From Pseudomonadota bacterium (GTDB taxonomy: Bacteria; Desulfobacterota; Desulfobacteria; Desulfobacterales; RPRI01), in assembly GCA_043825875.1 (NCBI GenBank), contig JBDRRF010000100.1:1-33948 (forward strand): a stretch of 33,948 bases of DNA, given 5' to 3'. Below, one piece after another: positions 1 through 9,325 of the stretch (positions are counted from its first letter, which is position 1; the number at the start of each line of letters is the position of its first letter). A model generated the notes under the pieces. The model saw only the letters and a list, made by a program, of their open reading frames with translations. It was not told the origin of the DNA and made no database searches. Position numbers and translations under genes: made by a program.

Positions 1-770
1 TCCAGATAGATAGTTCCATAATTATCTGCACTACCAAGACCCCAAAAGTCAAAATAAGTATTATTTTTGTAAATAAATACACCATAATAAAGCGCTTGGA
101 TCGCATCGCTTGTGTGTGTTTTTGTCATAAACTTTAAATATCTCTTTTCTTCCGAAGATAGTTCCCTTACGTCCTTCCAACCAGCCTTTTTACGGCTTGG
201 GTGCATCGTAATAAGCTTTGTTTTTTCATAATCAATGTCACTGTAGTCGGGTTTGAGAACAAGCATTAATGTGGGAGTTGAGTACATGTTATCTAAATAA
301 ACCGGTTCAACAACACCGTCATTGTCAATATCAACTTCGGCAACAAGGTGATTGTTGGGGATTGTCCCTGAACTCATCTTGTGGCGAAACTGAATATACC
401 TTTTGTAGGTATCGGAAAGTTGTTTTTTAGTGCCTTGCCAATTAGATAAATCGCCACGAAAATATTTTGCAGGATTGACATCACGCTTCCAGAAAAAATC
501 GCTTATCTTACGAGGAAGATAAATGCCTGTTGGGGCTCTGGCAATCCAATGAGACGTCCATTGTGACTCCCATTTGGGCGTACTGAAATCTTTGAGCTCA
601 GGGTTAGTTCTGCGATAAATTGGACTATTAGGTTTAAGTGAATTCAAATTCTTCTCATATGCCTCGCACACTTCACATCCTTTACCTTTTTCCAGCACAT
701 ACTCATAAGCACAACTCAAAGTCGCTAAAGAAAGCAAAAATAAAACCATAAGAAATATGATTTTCTTCAT
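1..770 (-). CDS. Secreted hypothetical protein, 3'-truncated by the window edge (not in the ORF track)
   Basis: ATG at 770 with GGAGGTGG RBS upstream. Reads MKKIIFLMVLFLLSLATLSCAYEYVLEKGKGCEVCEAYEKNLN... (signal-peptide-like N-terminus) and contains a DIDNDG Ca-binding-like motif near 330. No stop seen down to position 1. Confidence 0.8.
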   Translation of the reverse strand, partial: MKKIIFLMVLFLLSLATLSCAYEYVLEKGKGCEVCEAYEKNLNSLKPNSPIYRRTNPELKDFSTPKWESQWTSHWIARAPTGIYLPRKISDFFWKRDVNPAKYFRGDLSNWQGTKKQLSDTYKRYIQFRHKMSSGTIPNNHLVAEVDIDNDGVVEPVYLDNMYSTPTLMLVLKPDYSDIDYEKTKLITMHPSRKKAGWKDVRELSSEEKRYLKFMTKTHTSDAIQALYYGVFIYKNNTYFDFWGLGSADNYGTIYL

Positions 771-891
771 ATTCCACCTCCTTTTCTTTTCAGTTTGATT
801 TGGATATTTGTGTCACATCTTGAAGTATGAATTATACTTTTCATATTCTATTGTTCCTTTCCTGTTCGCTCTGATTTGTAAGCTATATTGG

Positions 892-1322
892 AAAATATTT
901 AATCAATGATTGTTGGCCAAATATCTTTTAAGGCAGGTATGCTTGATGACCGCATTAATGATCCGCCTTCCCCCGAAAGCTTTTTAAACTCTTCTGACAG
1001 GATTTACAGGATTAACATGATTATTTTCAGACCGTTCCGGAAGATCGGCCCGAAATACATATCTGCTACTTGCTGCCTTTGCTCTGTTTTGCGATAGTTC
1101 CGTTTGACATCAACGCCTGATAAGTCAAATGTGTTTCCACCGCATGTAATGACTCATTAACTGTCCGGCTTCTGGCCGGTAACTATCCTGTGCTTCCTGT
1201 TAATCCTGTCTGATAAAAAAATAAAAACGCGAATCTATATTTATAGCTAAAAAGTTTACTGCTTTACTTTAACACTAAAAATTCTAAATTCGGTATTGCT
1301 AAAAAGACTTGTTTAAACGAAA
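892..1322. repeat. ~430-bp direct repeat, copy 1
   Basis: Near-identical to 3301-3730, from AAAATATTTAATCAATGATTG to AAAAGACTTGTTT. A second short homology block (TTCAGACAGTCYCGGTTTC) lies at ~1651 and ~3781. Confidence 0.95.
996..1210. mobile_element. MITE-like element bounded by inverted arrays of three ACAGGATTW-like nonamers, copy 1
   Basis: Left end GACAGGATTTACAGGATTAACATGAT; right end ATCCTGTGCTTCCTGTTAATCCTGTC; internal hairpins. Mobility is inferred. Confidence 0.55.
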
Positions 1323-1945
1323 TATCTGCTTCATGATAAATTCTGTTGATCATATTTCGAAACGCTGCTTCCGGTCTTGCCGAAAGCATAAAAAATTGTC
1401 GAATTAATCGCTTATCAAAAAAATATAGTCTTGTATAGTATCCAAAAGTATACCTTATATGTTTTACTAAAATATCGAAAAAGCTTTTTGTAGGAATCTT
1501 ATTGTATATAAAATAGCAGTTTATGGGTAATAAAGCTTATAATATTTCTGAAATTATAAAACTTTGACAAGATAATACAGAACAATCTACAAATAGCTTA
1601 CAGATTAATAAAAAAAATAAATAATTTTGAATATTTTTAAAAAAGAGAGTTTCAGACAGTCCCGGTTTCTATGGTGAGGGTAATACCCAGGGGAATAATT
1701 GAGCATTGAATTGTAAATTAAGCTTCTCAGGGGAAGTATAGGTTACATACAAAACTTATAAACTTATTTATCAAAAAACAAATAAGGCCACCAGAATATA
1801 AACTATTTCCTGTTCGGCAAAACGGCGGTTGGAGATTTAATTCTTCGGGCGGTTTTTTTATCTTGGTTCAACATTATTTATAAAAACCCAGCTCTGCTGT
1901 GCTTTGAGACAGCAGGCCTGAGCACGGAGATGCTACCTTGTTTTG

Positions 1946-2383
1946 TCAGGCAAGTGAATCAAGAGAAATAATCTGTATGGATGGAATGTCAGGCAATCGG
2001 ACATCGTTGGTAAAAAAATGAGTTGCTCCGGCGTCTAATGCCGCGCTGATCTGGATGGCATCCGGTGTACGGATATTATGGGTGGCTCTGAGCTGTGCAG
2101 CCTGTTCCGCAATGGCGTTTGAAACTTCCATCATCATCAGTTTTGAATTAAGAAGGATGTCCCGGTATTCTGTCGCAAGTTCTCTGTTATTGCTGCGTAG
2201 TGGGTGCACCAGCACTTCAAGTAAGGTAACGGTTGAAGTGACAACCAGCAGGTCACCTCTGTCCATTGCTTCAAAGAAAAGTTTTACCGTTTTAATGTAT
2301 GCAGGATTTTCTTCAATAAAATAAATCAGCGGTGCGGTATCGAGACCAACTGTTTTCCCCTTCAATGAATTTAACCATTCCAC
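1946..2383 (-). CDS. vapC: PIN-domain (VapC-family) toxin
   Basis: LDTAPLIY, TLLEVLV, RTPDAIQISAA and TNDVRL PIN motifs; 145 aa; overlaps the upstream small gene. Confidence 0.9.
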   Translation of the reverse strand: MEWLNSLKGKTVGLDTAPLIYFIEENPAYIKTVKLFFEAMDRGDLLVVTSTVTLLEVLVHPLRSNNRELATEYRDILLNSKLMMMEVSNAIAEQAAQLRATHNIRTPDAIQISAALDAGATHFFTNDVRLPDIPSIQIISLDSLA

Positions 2384-2592
2384 GATGATCTTTCCTCATC
2401 AATATATGTTTTTACATTAAGTCCCTTCCAGATTTCCTTCCCTTTTCCTTTTAGCTCCAAAATGCTGCGGGGCTTGGTTTTAACTGTCTTTTTACGAATC
2501 AGCGTTGCCATTTCTTCTAAAAGACGTAGTTGATCCGAAAGATTTAAAGTTTTTATCTCGGATATGACTTGATTGTAATTTGCTTCCGGCAT
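2371..2592 (-). CDS. Putative antitoxin of the PIN toxin (73 aa, MPEANY...)
   Basis: Small gene overlapping the toxin start; C-terminal RSILELKGKGKEIW...YIDEERSSW pattern. The longer ORF-track start (2682) lies inside a MITE. Confidence 0.8.
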   Translation of the reverse strand: MPEANYNQVISEIKTLNLSDQLRLLEEMATLIRKKTVKTKPRSILELKGKGKEIWKGLNVKTYIDEERSSWNG

Positions 2593-2632
2593 GATACAAT
2601 TCCTGTTTTTAAGCATGTTCAAGTTATTTTGT

Positions 2633-2774
2633 GAGCCAGTTTCAAAACGCCCCATTTTGGCCGATCTCAGCGTTGGGCTCAAATTTCAATCCTCGAAATA
2701 CTTCATGTATTCCTGTGGTTGAAATTTTCTCCCGTCTCGAGCTTGACCAAACTGAAACGTTTTGAAAGTGGCTC
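2633..2774 (+). mobile_element. 142-bp MITE family A, full copy
   Basis: Terminal inverted repeats GAGCCAGTTTCAAAACG / CGTTTTGAAAGTGGCTC; flanks TTGT/CTGT; homologous to copies at 6240, 23981, 27637 and 3984. Confidence 0.9.
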
Positions 2775-2778
2775 CTGT

Positions 2779-3076
2779 GTTAATAGATTGAGAATTTAAT
2801 TCTTTTTCGTCTAGTTAATCCAATAGCTTGAAATTATTAATGAATGTTTTATCGTAATTTTTTGCCTCTTCTGCCTTATCATCCGTATCAATAAACAGAT
2901 AGTCCGTCGTTACTTGAAGTGCGTACGGCTGTTTTTTAAAACTTTCAATAGATGGTAGATATCTGCCGGTTTCCGATCTACTGAGGTATGTGGTATTAAA
3001 GCCGACGATTTCCGCCTGTTGTTTTTGGCCTAAATCTTTTTTTTCGAAGCTTTTATATATTATCCTGAATTTTCAT
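2779..3076 (-). pseudogene. Decayed XRE-family HTH regulator
   Basis: ATG at 3076: MKIQDNI*KLRKK, then a frameshift in an A8 tract, then DLGQKQQAEIVGFNTTYLSRSETGRYLPSIESFKK...ALQVTTDYLF...LLD*LDEKE. Runs into MITE A. Confidence 0.8.
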
Positions 3077-3300
3077 AGTTATTAGCTAAATGTACAATTA
3101 ATTCTGATTATATATACTTTAAACAAAAAATCAAAGAAAGTTTACGTAAGCGCAATATATTAATTGTGGGGCATATATAGTGGATAACTTCAGTAATAAG
3201 GCTACATTCACAACACCTGATGGCAAGGTTTATACCTATGATTACAGCAAGAACAAAAAGCCTACAACCATTATTGAAACCCTATATCTTTTAATATTTT

Positions 3301-3730
3301 AAAATATTTAATCAATGATTGTTGATCAAATATTTTTTAAGGCAGGTGTGCTTGATGACCGCATTAATGATCTGCCTTCCCCCGAAAGCTTTTTAAACTC
3401 TTCTGACAGGATTTACAGGATTAACATGATTATTTTCAGACCTTTCCGGAAGATCGGCCCGAAATACATATCTGCTACTTGCTGCCTTTGCTCTGTTTTG
3501 CAATAGTTCCGTTTGACATCAACGCCTGATAAGCCAAATGTGTTTCCGCCGCATGCGATGACTATTAACTATCCGGCTTCTGGCCGTTAACTATCCTGTG
3601 TTTCCTGTTAATCCTGTCTGATAAAAAAATAAAAACGCAAATCTATATTTATAGTTAAAAAGAATACTGCTTTACTTTAACACTAAAAAATCCAAATCCG
3701 GTAGTACTGAAAAGACTTGTTTGAATGAAA
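3301..3730. repeat. ~430-bp direct repeat, copy 2
   Basis: Near-identical to 892-1322. Confidence 0.95.
3405..3618. mobile_element. MITE-like nonamer-bounded element, copy 2
   Basis: Same inverted ACAGGATTW arrays as 996-1210. Confidence 0.55.
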
Positions 3731-3983
3731 AGTATAAAACTGAAATATTAGCCTTTGTTATTATTTTTTAGAATAAAGAATTCAGACAGTCTCGGTTTCG
3801 GGGGATGGGACAATCGATTCAGTATAATTTAAGTTCAGATTTTATTGGAAACGTCCTTCTCCTTTTTCACGAATATAAAAAGAAAAGCCATGCATGGAGC
3901 GTGGCAAGTGAGGTGTTTATTACCTTTGCGATTATTTTATAAAATTGCACTAACAACAAAGGCAGACTGTAACTAAATTGTAA

Positions 3984-4026
3984 CCGTCTTGACCTTGACC
4001 AAACTGAAACGTTTTGAAACAGGCTC
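3984..4026 (+). mobile_element. MITE family A, right-end fragment
   Basis: CCGTCTTGACCTTGACCAAACTGAAACGTTTTGAAACAGGCTC matches the right end of the 2633-2774 copy. Confidence 0.8.
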
Positions 4027-4444
4027 ATGGGTAATATGTTTTTATCCTATCACAGTTTCTTATATCAAAATGCAGCCATGAGACACCAAGCTCAATACTA
4101 CCGATAAGTGCAAATGCTGGATCAGATGGGTTTGCCAATATGTCTTGGCGTATTGCTTCTGCTGAGTTGTCAGCAAACAAACAATCTGCTGCCCTTCCAA
4201 ATGAATGCTGGCTGTATGGACTGTAATATGGGCTGTCAGAAGTCCGTAAGCCGCTCCATTCCCTTTCCTTTCCCCAGTAGTAATTATTTACGGTAATTGA
4301 TCCGTAACGATCCCTTAACTTATCTAAGGTAATAAGTAACCTGTCATCGAGTAGCTCCCACGCTTTTTCTCCTCTTTCCTCAAATACCCTGCGAGGAACT
4401 AACTCGTAAATTAAAAAGTGCTTGCATTTATACATGGCCTTCAA
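4025..4444 (-). CDS. Peptidase M15-like (endolysin-like) Zn peptidoglycan peptidase
   Basis: [10 protein letters not shown] (H-x6-D) and WLHFD motifs plus upstream GLR; no signal peptide. Start may be the ATG at 4435. Confidence 0.8.
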   Translation of the reverse strand: MKAMYKCKHFLIYELVPRRVFEERGEKAWELLDDRLLITLDKLRDRYGSITVNNYYWGKEREWSGLRTSDSPYYSPYSQHSFGRAADCLFADNSAEAIRQDILANPSDPAFALIGSIELGVSWLHFDIRNCDRIKTYYP

Positions 4445-5928
4445 CCATCATATGTATTATTTTCCATAGCTGCATTATATTCTATTTCTCTCTGTGAAGC
4501 AGCTTTTTCTGAAACAGTTTTAAGTGCATTTCTTCCGCTAATCAGAACCATTAAATAATCTGCAAACGCTTTCATCTGTTCAGCCCTTGTTTTCATCTCC
4601 TCTGCAACAGAAGTCGACTCCTCTGCACCGGCAGCATTTTGCTGCACAACTTTATCCATTTCTGCAACGGTTTTATTTACATGTTCAATTCCCTGTGCTT
4701 GCTCCCGGGAAGCCACAGCTATTTCTTCCATCAATTTCCCGGCTTTGTTGGCTACAGCAGACATCTTTGTATATGCTTCGTTAGTTTTTAGTACAATCTC
4801 AGAACCACTTTTAATTTTATTGACAGTACTTTCAATGAGACTTGCGGTGCTCTTAGCTGCCTCAGCTGCTCTCATTGCCAGATTTCTTACTTCATCTGCC
4901 ACTACCGCAAACCCTGCACCGGCGTTTCCTGCTCTGGCAGCTTCAACAGCTGCATTCAAAGCCAAAAGATTTGTTTGAAATGCAATTTCATCAATTGTTT
5001 TTATTATTTTAGCCGTTTCCTTACTGGCTGTGGAAATCTCATTCATAGATATTGTCAAATCTTCAAAGGAAAGATTGGTATCTTCCATAATACGGCTTGT
5101 ATCTATCATCAATTTATTAACATGGCCTATATTATCCGAATTCTGTTGTGTCATCGAGGACATTTCTTCCAGCGAAGATGAAGTCCCTTCAATGTTTGCA
5201 GCCTGATCTGAAACCCCTTGCGCTATAAACTTATTTGTTGATGATACCTGACCTGAAGCAGATGCTACTTGCTCAGCCATGTCACTTAATTCAGCGGATA
5301 CGTGTTCCAAAACATTTTTAATTCCCCGAGCGTTAAGCCATGCCAGAAATAAACCAATTATCATGGCTGCACTACCGGCCAGCAGAATATTTCTATTCGT
5401 AGATATTGCCAAACTCAACATAGCTTCATCTGTGATAACATCTTGCTTTGCTGTTTCACGAATATTTTCTATCAATCTCTGAATCTTCTTCGAAGACGGA
5501 ATAGCCTGATTCGTAAAAATTTTCTTTTCTTCTTCTTTTGATTTAGCACTGCTTATATCAATTGCTGATTTATGAAGAGTTTTGTGAGTCTCCTCAATTT
5601 GCCTGAACAAAGGAGTTAGATCGGAAAATTGTGTTTCAATGTTTTTGCGATCTTTTCCATAAAGCCATTTACCAAAGGCACATTTATGCTCGTCTGTTTC
5701 TGCTTCAAGTTTATCAGCATATTCGTTATTTGAGTAAAGGTTGACCTTTTTGACCCAGTCTTGAAGAGCTATTTCTTTTTTGGCCAGATCTCTATCCAAT
5801 AAATTAGCCGCCACATTATTTACAACATTGTTTATTCCAATATGGCTAATAACACCTACCGCACACAGCAATAACAGGACAATAATAAAACTAAAAATAA
5901 TTCTTTTAACAATTGAAATGTTTTGCAT
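4441..5928 (-). CDS. Methyl-accepting chemotaxis protein with a CZB-like sensor domain between two TM helices
   Basis: [20 protein letters not shown] signalling motif; HKCAFGKW...HKTLH CZB motif. Start placed at MQNISI (5928), which has a GAGGT RBS. Confidence 0.92.
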   Translation of the reverse strand: MQNISIVKRIIFSFIIVLLLLCAVGVISHIGINNVVNNVAANLLDRDLAKKEIALQDWVKKVNLYSNNEYADKLEAETDEHKCAFGKWLYGKDRKNIETQFSDLTPLFRQIEETHKTLHKSAIDISSAKSKEEEKKIFTNQAIPSSKKIQRLIENIRETAKQDVITDEAMLSLAISTNRNILLAGSAAMIIGLFLAWLNARGIKNVLEHVSAELSDMAEQVASASGQVSSTNKFIAQGVSDQAANIEGTSSSLEEMSSMTQQNSDNIGHVNKLMIDTSRIMEDTNLSFEDLTISMNEISTASKETAKIIKTIDEIAFQTNLLALNAAVEAARAGNAGAGFAVVADEVRNLAMRAAEAAKSTASLIESTVNKIKSGSEIVLKTNEAYTKMSAVANKAGKLMEEIAVASREQAQGIEHVNKTVAEMDKVVQQNAAGAEESTSVAEEMKTRAEQMKAFADYLMVLISGRNALKTVSEKAASQREIEYNAAMENNTYDG

Positions 5929-6239
5929 TGTAACCTCGCTATTAAAGTTAGTTTCTAAAATATATAGATTTTTACAAACTCCCACTTTAAGTAAATGCTG
6001 ATTTTATATTTTCCTGATTCAGTTTAGCGTATTTATTGAAGTGCATGTATCGGTTGTCAAAATAATGTTCCGATTATAGTTGTAGCTTTTTGAATAAGAA
6101 CGCGTATGCGAAATGTAGAATATATACCGGAACTTCGATTACGACACCAAATTCGCTAACATAATACCGCAACAGCAAGTGCATCCTATCTCAGCTGAGC
6201 TTAGTTAATTAGCGAATCTAATATTAATAAAATTCTTTA

Positions 6240-6381
6240 GAGCCACTTTCAAAACGTTTCAGTTTGGTCAAGCTCAAGGCGGGATAAAATTTCAACCACA
6301 GGAATACATTAAGTATTTTGAGGATTGAAATTTGAGCCCAACGCAGAGATCGGCCAAAATGGGGCGTTTTGAAACTGGCTC
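6240..6381 (-). mobile_element. 142-bp MITE family A, full copy, inverted
   Basis: Reverse complement of 2633-2774; flanked by a TTTA/TTTA 4-bp duplication. Confidence 0.92.
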
Positions 6382-6558
6382 TTTAATTTAAAGATCTGAA
6401 ATAAGCCTGATTTTTGAAAGTTTTTCCTTCTACAATATTATTTAATTAAAATCAAATAATTATTGCAGAAGTCTTGGGCAAGATCGGAAAAACGATAGAA
6501 TGCTTTGATTTGTTGATTTTTTCTATACTGTAAATGTGATTGAGGAAGAATGTTGGTT

Positions 6559-6812
6559 TATAGCAAATATCATAAATCTGTTCCATTTGGTTAACGGAGC
6601 AACATGCTATGGTTCATGTTGTATCGTTTCCAAATCAGAATGTGAAGCCTCTATGGCAACAAATTGTCCTGTTCGGGGACAAACCATAACAAGAACATTC
6701 ATTCTCAGATGGTCACCATTTTTTGTTACTTTGGTTTTCTTGCCTATTTATCCAAACGTCTTCTGGGACGTGGGTGACCCTAAAAACCTGATTCATCTGC
6801 AAACCAAATGTT
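6559..6812 (-). pseudogene. IS630-family transposase remnant with probable right end
   Basis: Reads IWFADESGF*GHPRPRRR, then after a frameshift GKKTKVTKNGDHLRMNVLVMVCPRTGQFVAIEASHSD (first catalytic Asp motif of the IS630 DDE domain). Ends in ...GCTATA, consistent with a TA target. Confidence 0.8.
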
Positions 6813-6860
6813 ATTTTATGCGTTAGTTTGTTAGATTGGCACCCGGAAAAAGAGTTATAT

Positions 6861-8906
6861 TTATTCCTGGTTTATTTCATCATTGTGTCCGACACTATTA
6901 TTCAACAATGCGCTTGTTGCTGTTTGCAGATAAGCATTCAAAGATTTTTGCATTTGCTTTAGCCTTTGGGGATCATCAAGCGGTTTGGCAGACATTGAGG
7001 GATAAATATGATACCCGTATAATTTTGGTTCGGTATCTGGCGCCTGGATTAATATGGTTTCCCCTTTTATAAAGGCAACCATAGGATCATTTCCTGAAGG
7101 TTTAATCACTGCAAAACCATGATCATCCTCCGGCAGAGCCAATAAATCTCTTCCCCAGCAGTGGTGAACATAACTTCCGCCCAGCATGCCCATAACAGTG
7201 GGTACTATATCCACCTGGGAGCCGACTACCATAGAGGTTTTACCGAAGATAGACCGAATATCTTTTCCGATAAAAAGAAGGGGCACATGAAAACGATATA
7301 AATCCATATCCGTAATCTGCACACTGCCTCCGAAACCATGATCACCTGTTATTACAAAAAGAGTGTTGTCGAAACCACCACGGTTCTTAATTTTTTCAAA
7401 AAACTGTCCCAGTGCATAATCCGAATAACGCATAGCAGTAAGATGCGCATCCTCTACTTCATTTACCATTACTTTTTTAACGGGTAAGGGCGAAGGAAGA
7501 AAATAAGGAACGTGGTTGGATACAGACTGTAATATGGCAAAATAAGGATTATTGTTCTTCTCCAGCTTCACAATTTCTTCAAAAGCGCGATCAAACATAT
7601 CTTCATCGGTAACACCCCATACCGGATCTGTTAAACGAGGATTTATATAATCATGGTGCCCTATAAATTTATTAACACCCTGTTGCCGAAAAAAGCCGCC
7701 CTGGTTGTCCCAGTTGAAATCTCCATTATATACAAAAATATTATCGTAATCACGTTCGGAAAGTACTTTCGCAAGCCCTGAAAATCTATATGCTCCTTCC
7801 GGTTGCTGCATCAGATATTCATAGTTAGGCAAGTTAGGGAAACAGCCCAGGCTTGCGAATAAGCCCTGATGGGTATGAGTTCCGTTTGAAAAAATATGGT
7901 CAAACAGTAAACCGTCTTGTGTCAGTTTATCAAAATAAGGGGTAACATTTAAACTGTTGCCAAACACCCCGGTTCTTTGTGCGCTAAAACTTTCCAGCAA
8001 AATAAAAACAACATTTTTATATTGAGAAGGCGGTGAGGAAGATGAAGGATCAAAGCGGCGAAGCAGGGGAAATTGTTTCGGTTTTATCAGTGTTTCCTGA
8101 GGTAGTGTCCATTCCTTTTGTACCAGAGTCAGTGCCTCCTGCCTATCCATTTTGTTCAGCCATGGATTTTTTTTCCGGTGTTTCAGGGATTGTTCAACAG
8201 TTTTGGCCAGCATAAATGATCCGTTTAATGACAGGTGATTTGCAAAAATATGAGTACTGTGAAATGCATCACCCCAGCGAATTGGTGGTCCGTAACCAAA
8301 GGTTCCACCGCGCATGGAAAATACTGCAATCAGCATCAGTACAATAGAAACAAAGAGTCGCAAAGGGTAGCGGTTGTTTTTGCCCGGTCGGCGGGTACGG
8401 CGATCAACCTGACGCAATGCAAGAAAAGACAAACCGGTAAGCACACCGCACAAAAGCAAGTAACGCACAACCGGAAATCCGTACCATAACATGTTCATAA
8501 CCGTTTTAGGATCTTCTTTGATATACTGAAATACCAAGCTGTTTAAACGGGTATGAAATTCATGATAAAAGTCCAATTCAAGAACAGCAAGAAAACTAAA
8601 AAGAATTATTGCAATACCAAGCCAGAAATTCCAAATTTTGCGGTGGTATAAACCTACAGGGATAAGCATGCCAAGTAAAAGTGGGATCATTGTGTAGCTG
8701 GTCATAATCAGATCAAAACGAAATCCGATTGCATAGGACATAAGCAGATCGGATATTGGAGTATTGCCGATCAGATTGCTATTTCTAAATAACAGCAGCG
8801 TACGACTGAGAGCAAACAATAGCAGCAAGATTGTACTGCTTCCTAATATATAAGTGGTGTCGGAAAGTACTGAATATCCTGCTGCAGACTTGGCATTTTT
8901 AGGCAT
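6861..8906 (-). CDS. LTA-synthase-family / MdoB-like membrane phosphoglycerol transferase (sulfatase fold)
   Basis: About 5 N-terminal TM segments, NVVFILLES, SNGTHT (Thr nucleophile region), NHVPY and GDHG motifs. Confidence 0.88.
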   Translation of the reverse strand: MPKNAKSAAGYSVLSDTTYILGSSTILLLLFALSRTLLLFRNSNLIGNTPISDLLMSYAIGFRFDLIMTSYTMIPLLLGMLIPVGLYHRKIWNFWLGIAIILFSFLAVLELDFYHEFHTRLNSLVFQYIKEDPKTVMNMLWYGFPVVRYLLLCGVLTGLSFLALRQVDRRTRRPGKNNRYPLRLFVSIVLMLIAVFSMRGGTFGYGPPIRWGDAFHSTHIFANHLSLNGSFMLAKTVEQSLKHRKKNPWLNKMDRQEALTLVQKEWTLPQETLIKPKQFPLLRRFDPSSSSPPSQYKNVVFILLESFSAQRTGVFGNSLNVTPYFDKLTQDGLLFDHIFSNGTHTHQGLFASLGCFPNLPNYEYLMQQPEGAYRFSGLAKVLSERDYDNIFVYNGDFNWDNQGGFFRQQGVNKFIGHHDYINPRLTDPVWGVTDEDMFDRAFEEIVKLEKNNNPYFAILQSVSNHVPYFLPSPLPVKKVMVNEVEDAHLTAMRYSDYALGQFFEKIKNRGGFDNTLFVITGDHGFGGSVQITDMDLYRFHVPLLFIGKDIRSIFGKTSMVVGSQVDIVPTVMGMLGGSYVHHCWGRDLLALPEDDHGFAVIKPSGNDPMVAFIKGETILIQAPDTEPKLYGYHIYPSMSAKPLDDPQRLKQMQKSLNAYLQTATSALLNNSVGHNDEINQE

Positions 8907-9142
8907 AATTTCTTCTCAATAAATTATTTAAAGTGCAAGCGAAAAGCCGGACGGGTGATTTATTTTATAAATTCCGGCATCATATCAGTAAATACCAAAT
9001 TTGGGAAGCTATATAAACAGTTGCAAGATTTCAATCAGCAGGATTTGGAAAGCATTAAAGATTTGCTGAAAATCAGGCATAAAAATGTTAGTATCAAAAA
9101 AAATGACTTTTGGCAATATACATATTTGATAAGTAATATATA

Positions 9143-9218
9143 AATATTAGCTATATACTGCGCTTTTTCATCACCTTACACCTTGTCAGTGGGCGCGGTC
9201 TTTTTTTTGAGATATCTT
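9143..9218 (+). mobile_element. MITE family B, right-half fragment
   Basis: Aligns with ~23903-23977 (CCTTGTCAGTG..CGCG.TCTTTTTTTTGAGATA.CTT). Confidence 0.7.
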
Positions 9219-9232
9219 GCAGTATTATTCCC

Positions 9233-9261
9233 TTGCCCGCATAACATCCCGGTGGTATAAA
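9233..9261 (+). promoter_or_regulatory. Putative sigma70 promoter of cooC-helicase
   Basis: TTGCCC-N17-TATAAA with a TG extended -10. Confidence 0.5.
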
Positions 9262-9325
9262 TAATATAAGGTTGATAACTGATTAACATTTATAATGTTC
9301 TATATATAATGGAAAGGATTCCAAG

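Noticed and set aside
906..1097. 63-aa ORF and its twin at 3315-3506
   Set aside because: Both run across the boundary of the nonamer-bounded element within the duplication and lack a clear RBS; probably not real genes.
2593..2682. N-terminal extension of the antitoxin in the ORF track
   Set aside because: It starts inside MITE A; the ATG at 2592 gives a typical antitoxin size.
6046..6080. Sigma28 promoter for the MCP (minus-strand ACCGATAC)
   Set aside because: No TAAA-like -35 at the expected spacing.
6536..6826. 96-aa plus-strand ORF
   Set aside because: Antisense shadow of the IS630 remnant.
8955..9143. 62-aa ORF in the ltaS-like/cooC intergenic region
   Set aside because: GTG start, no RBS and no recognisable motif; unsupported.
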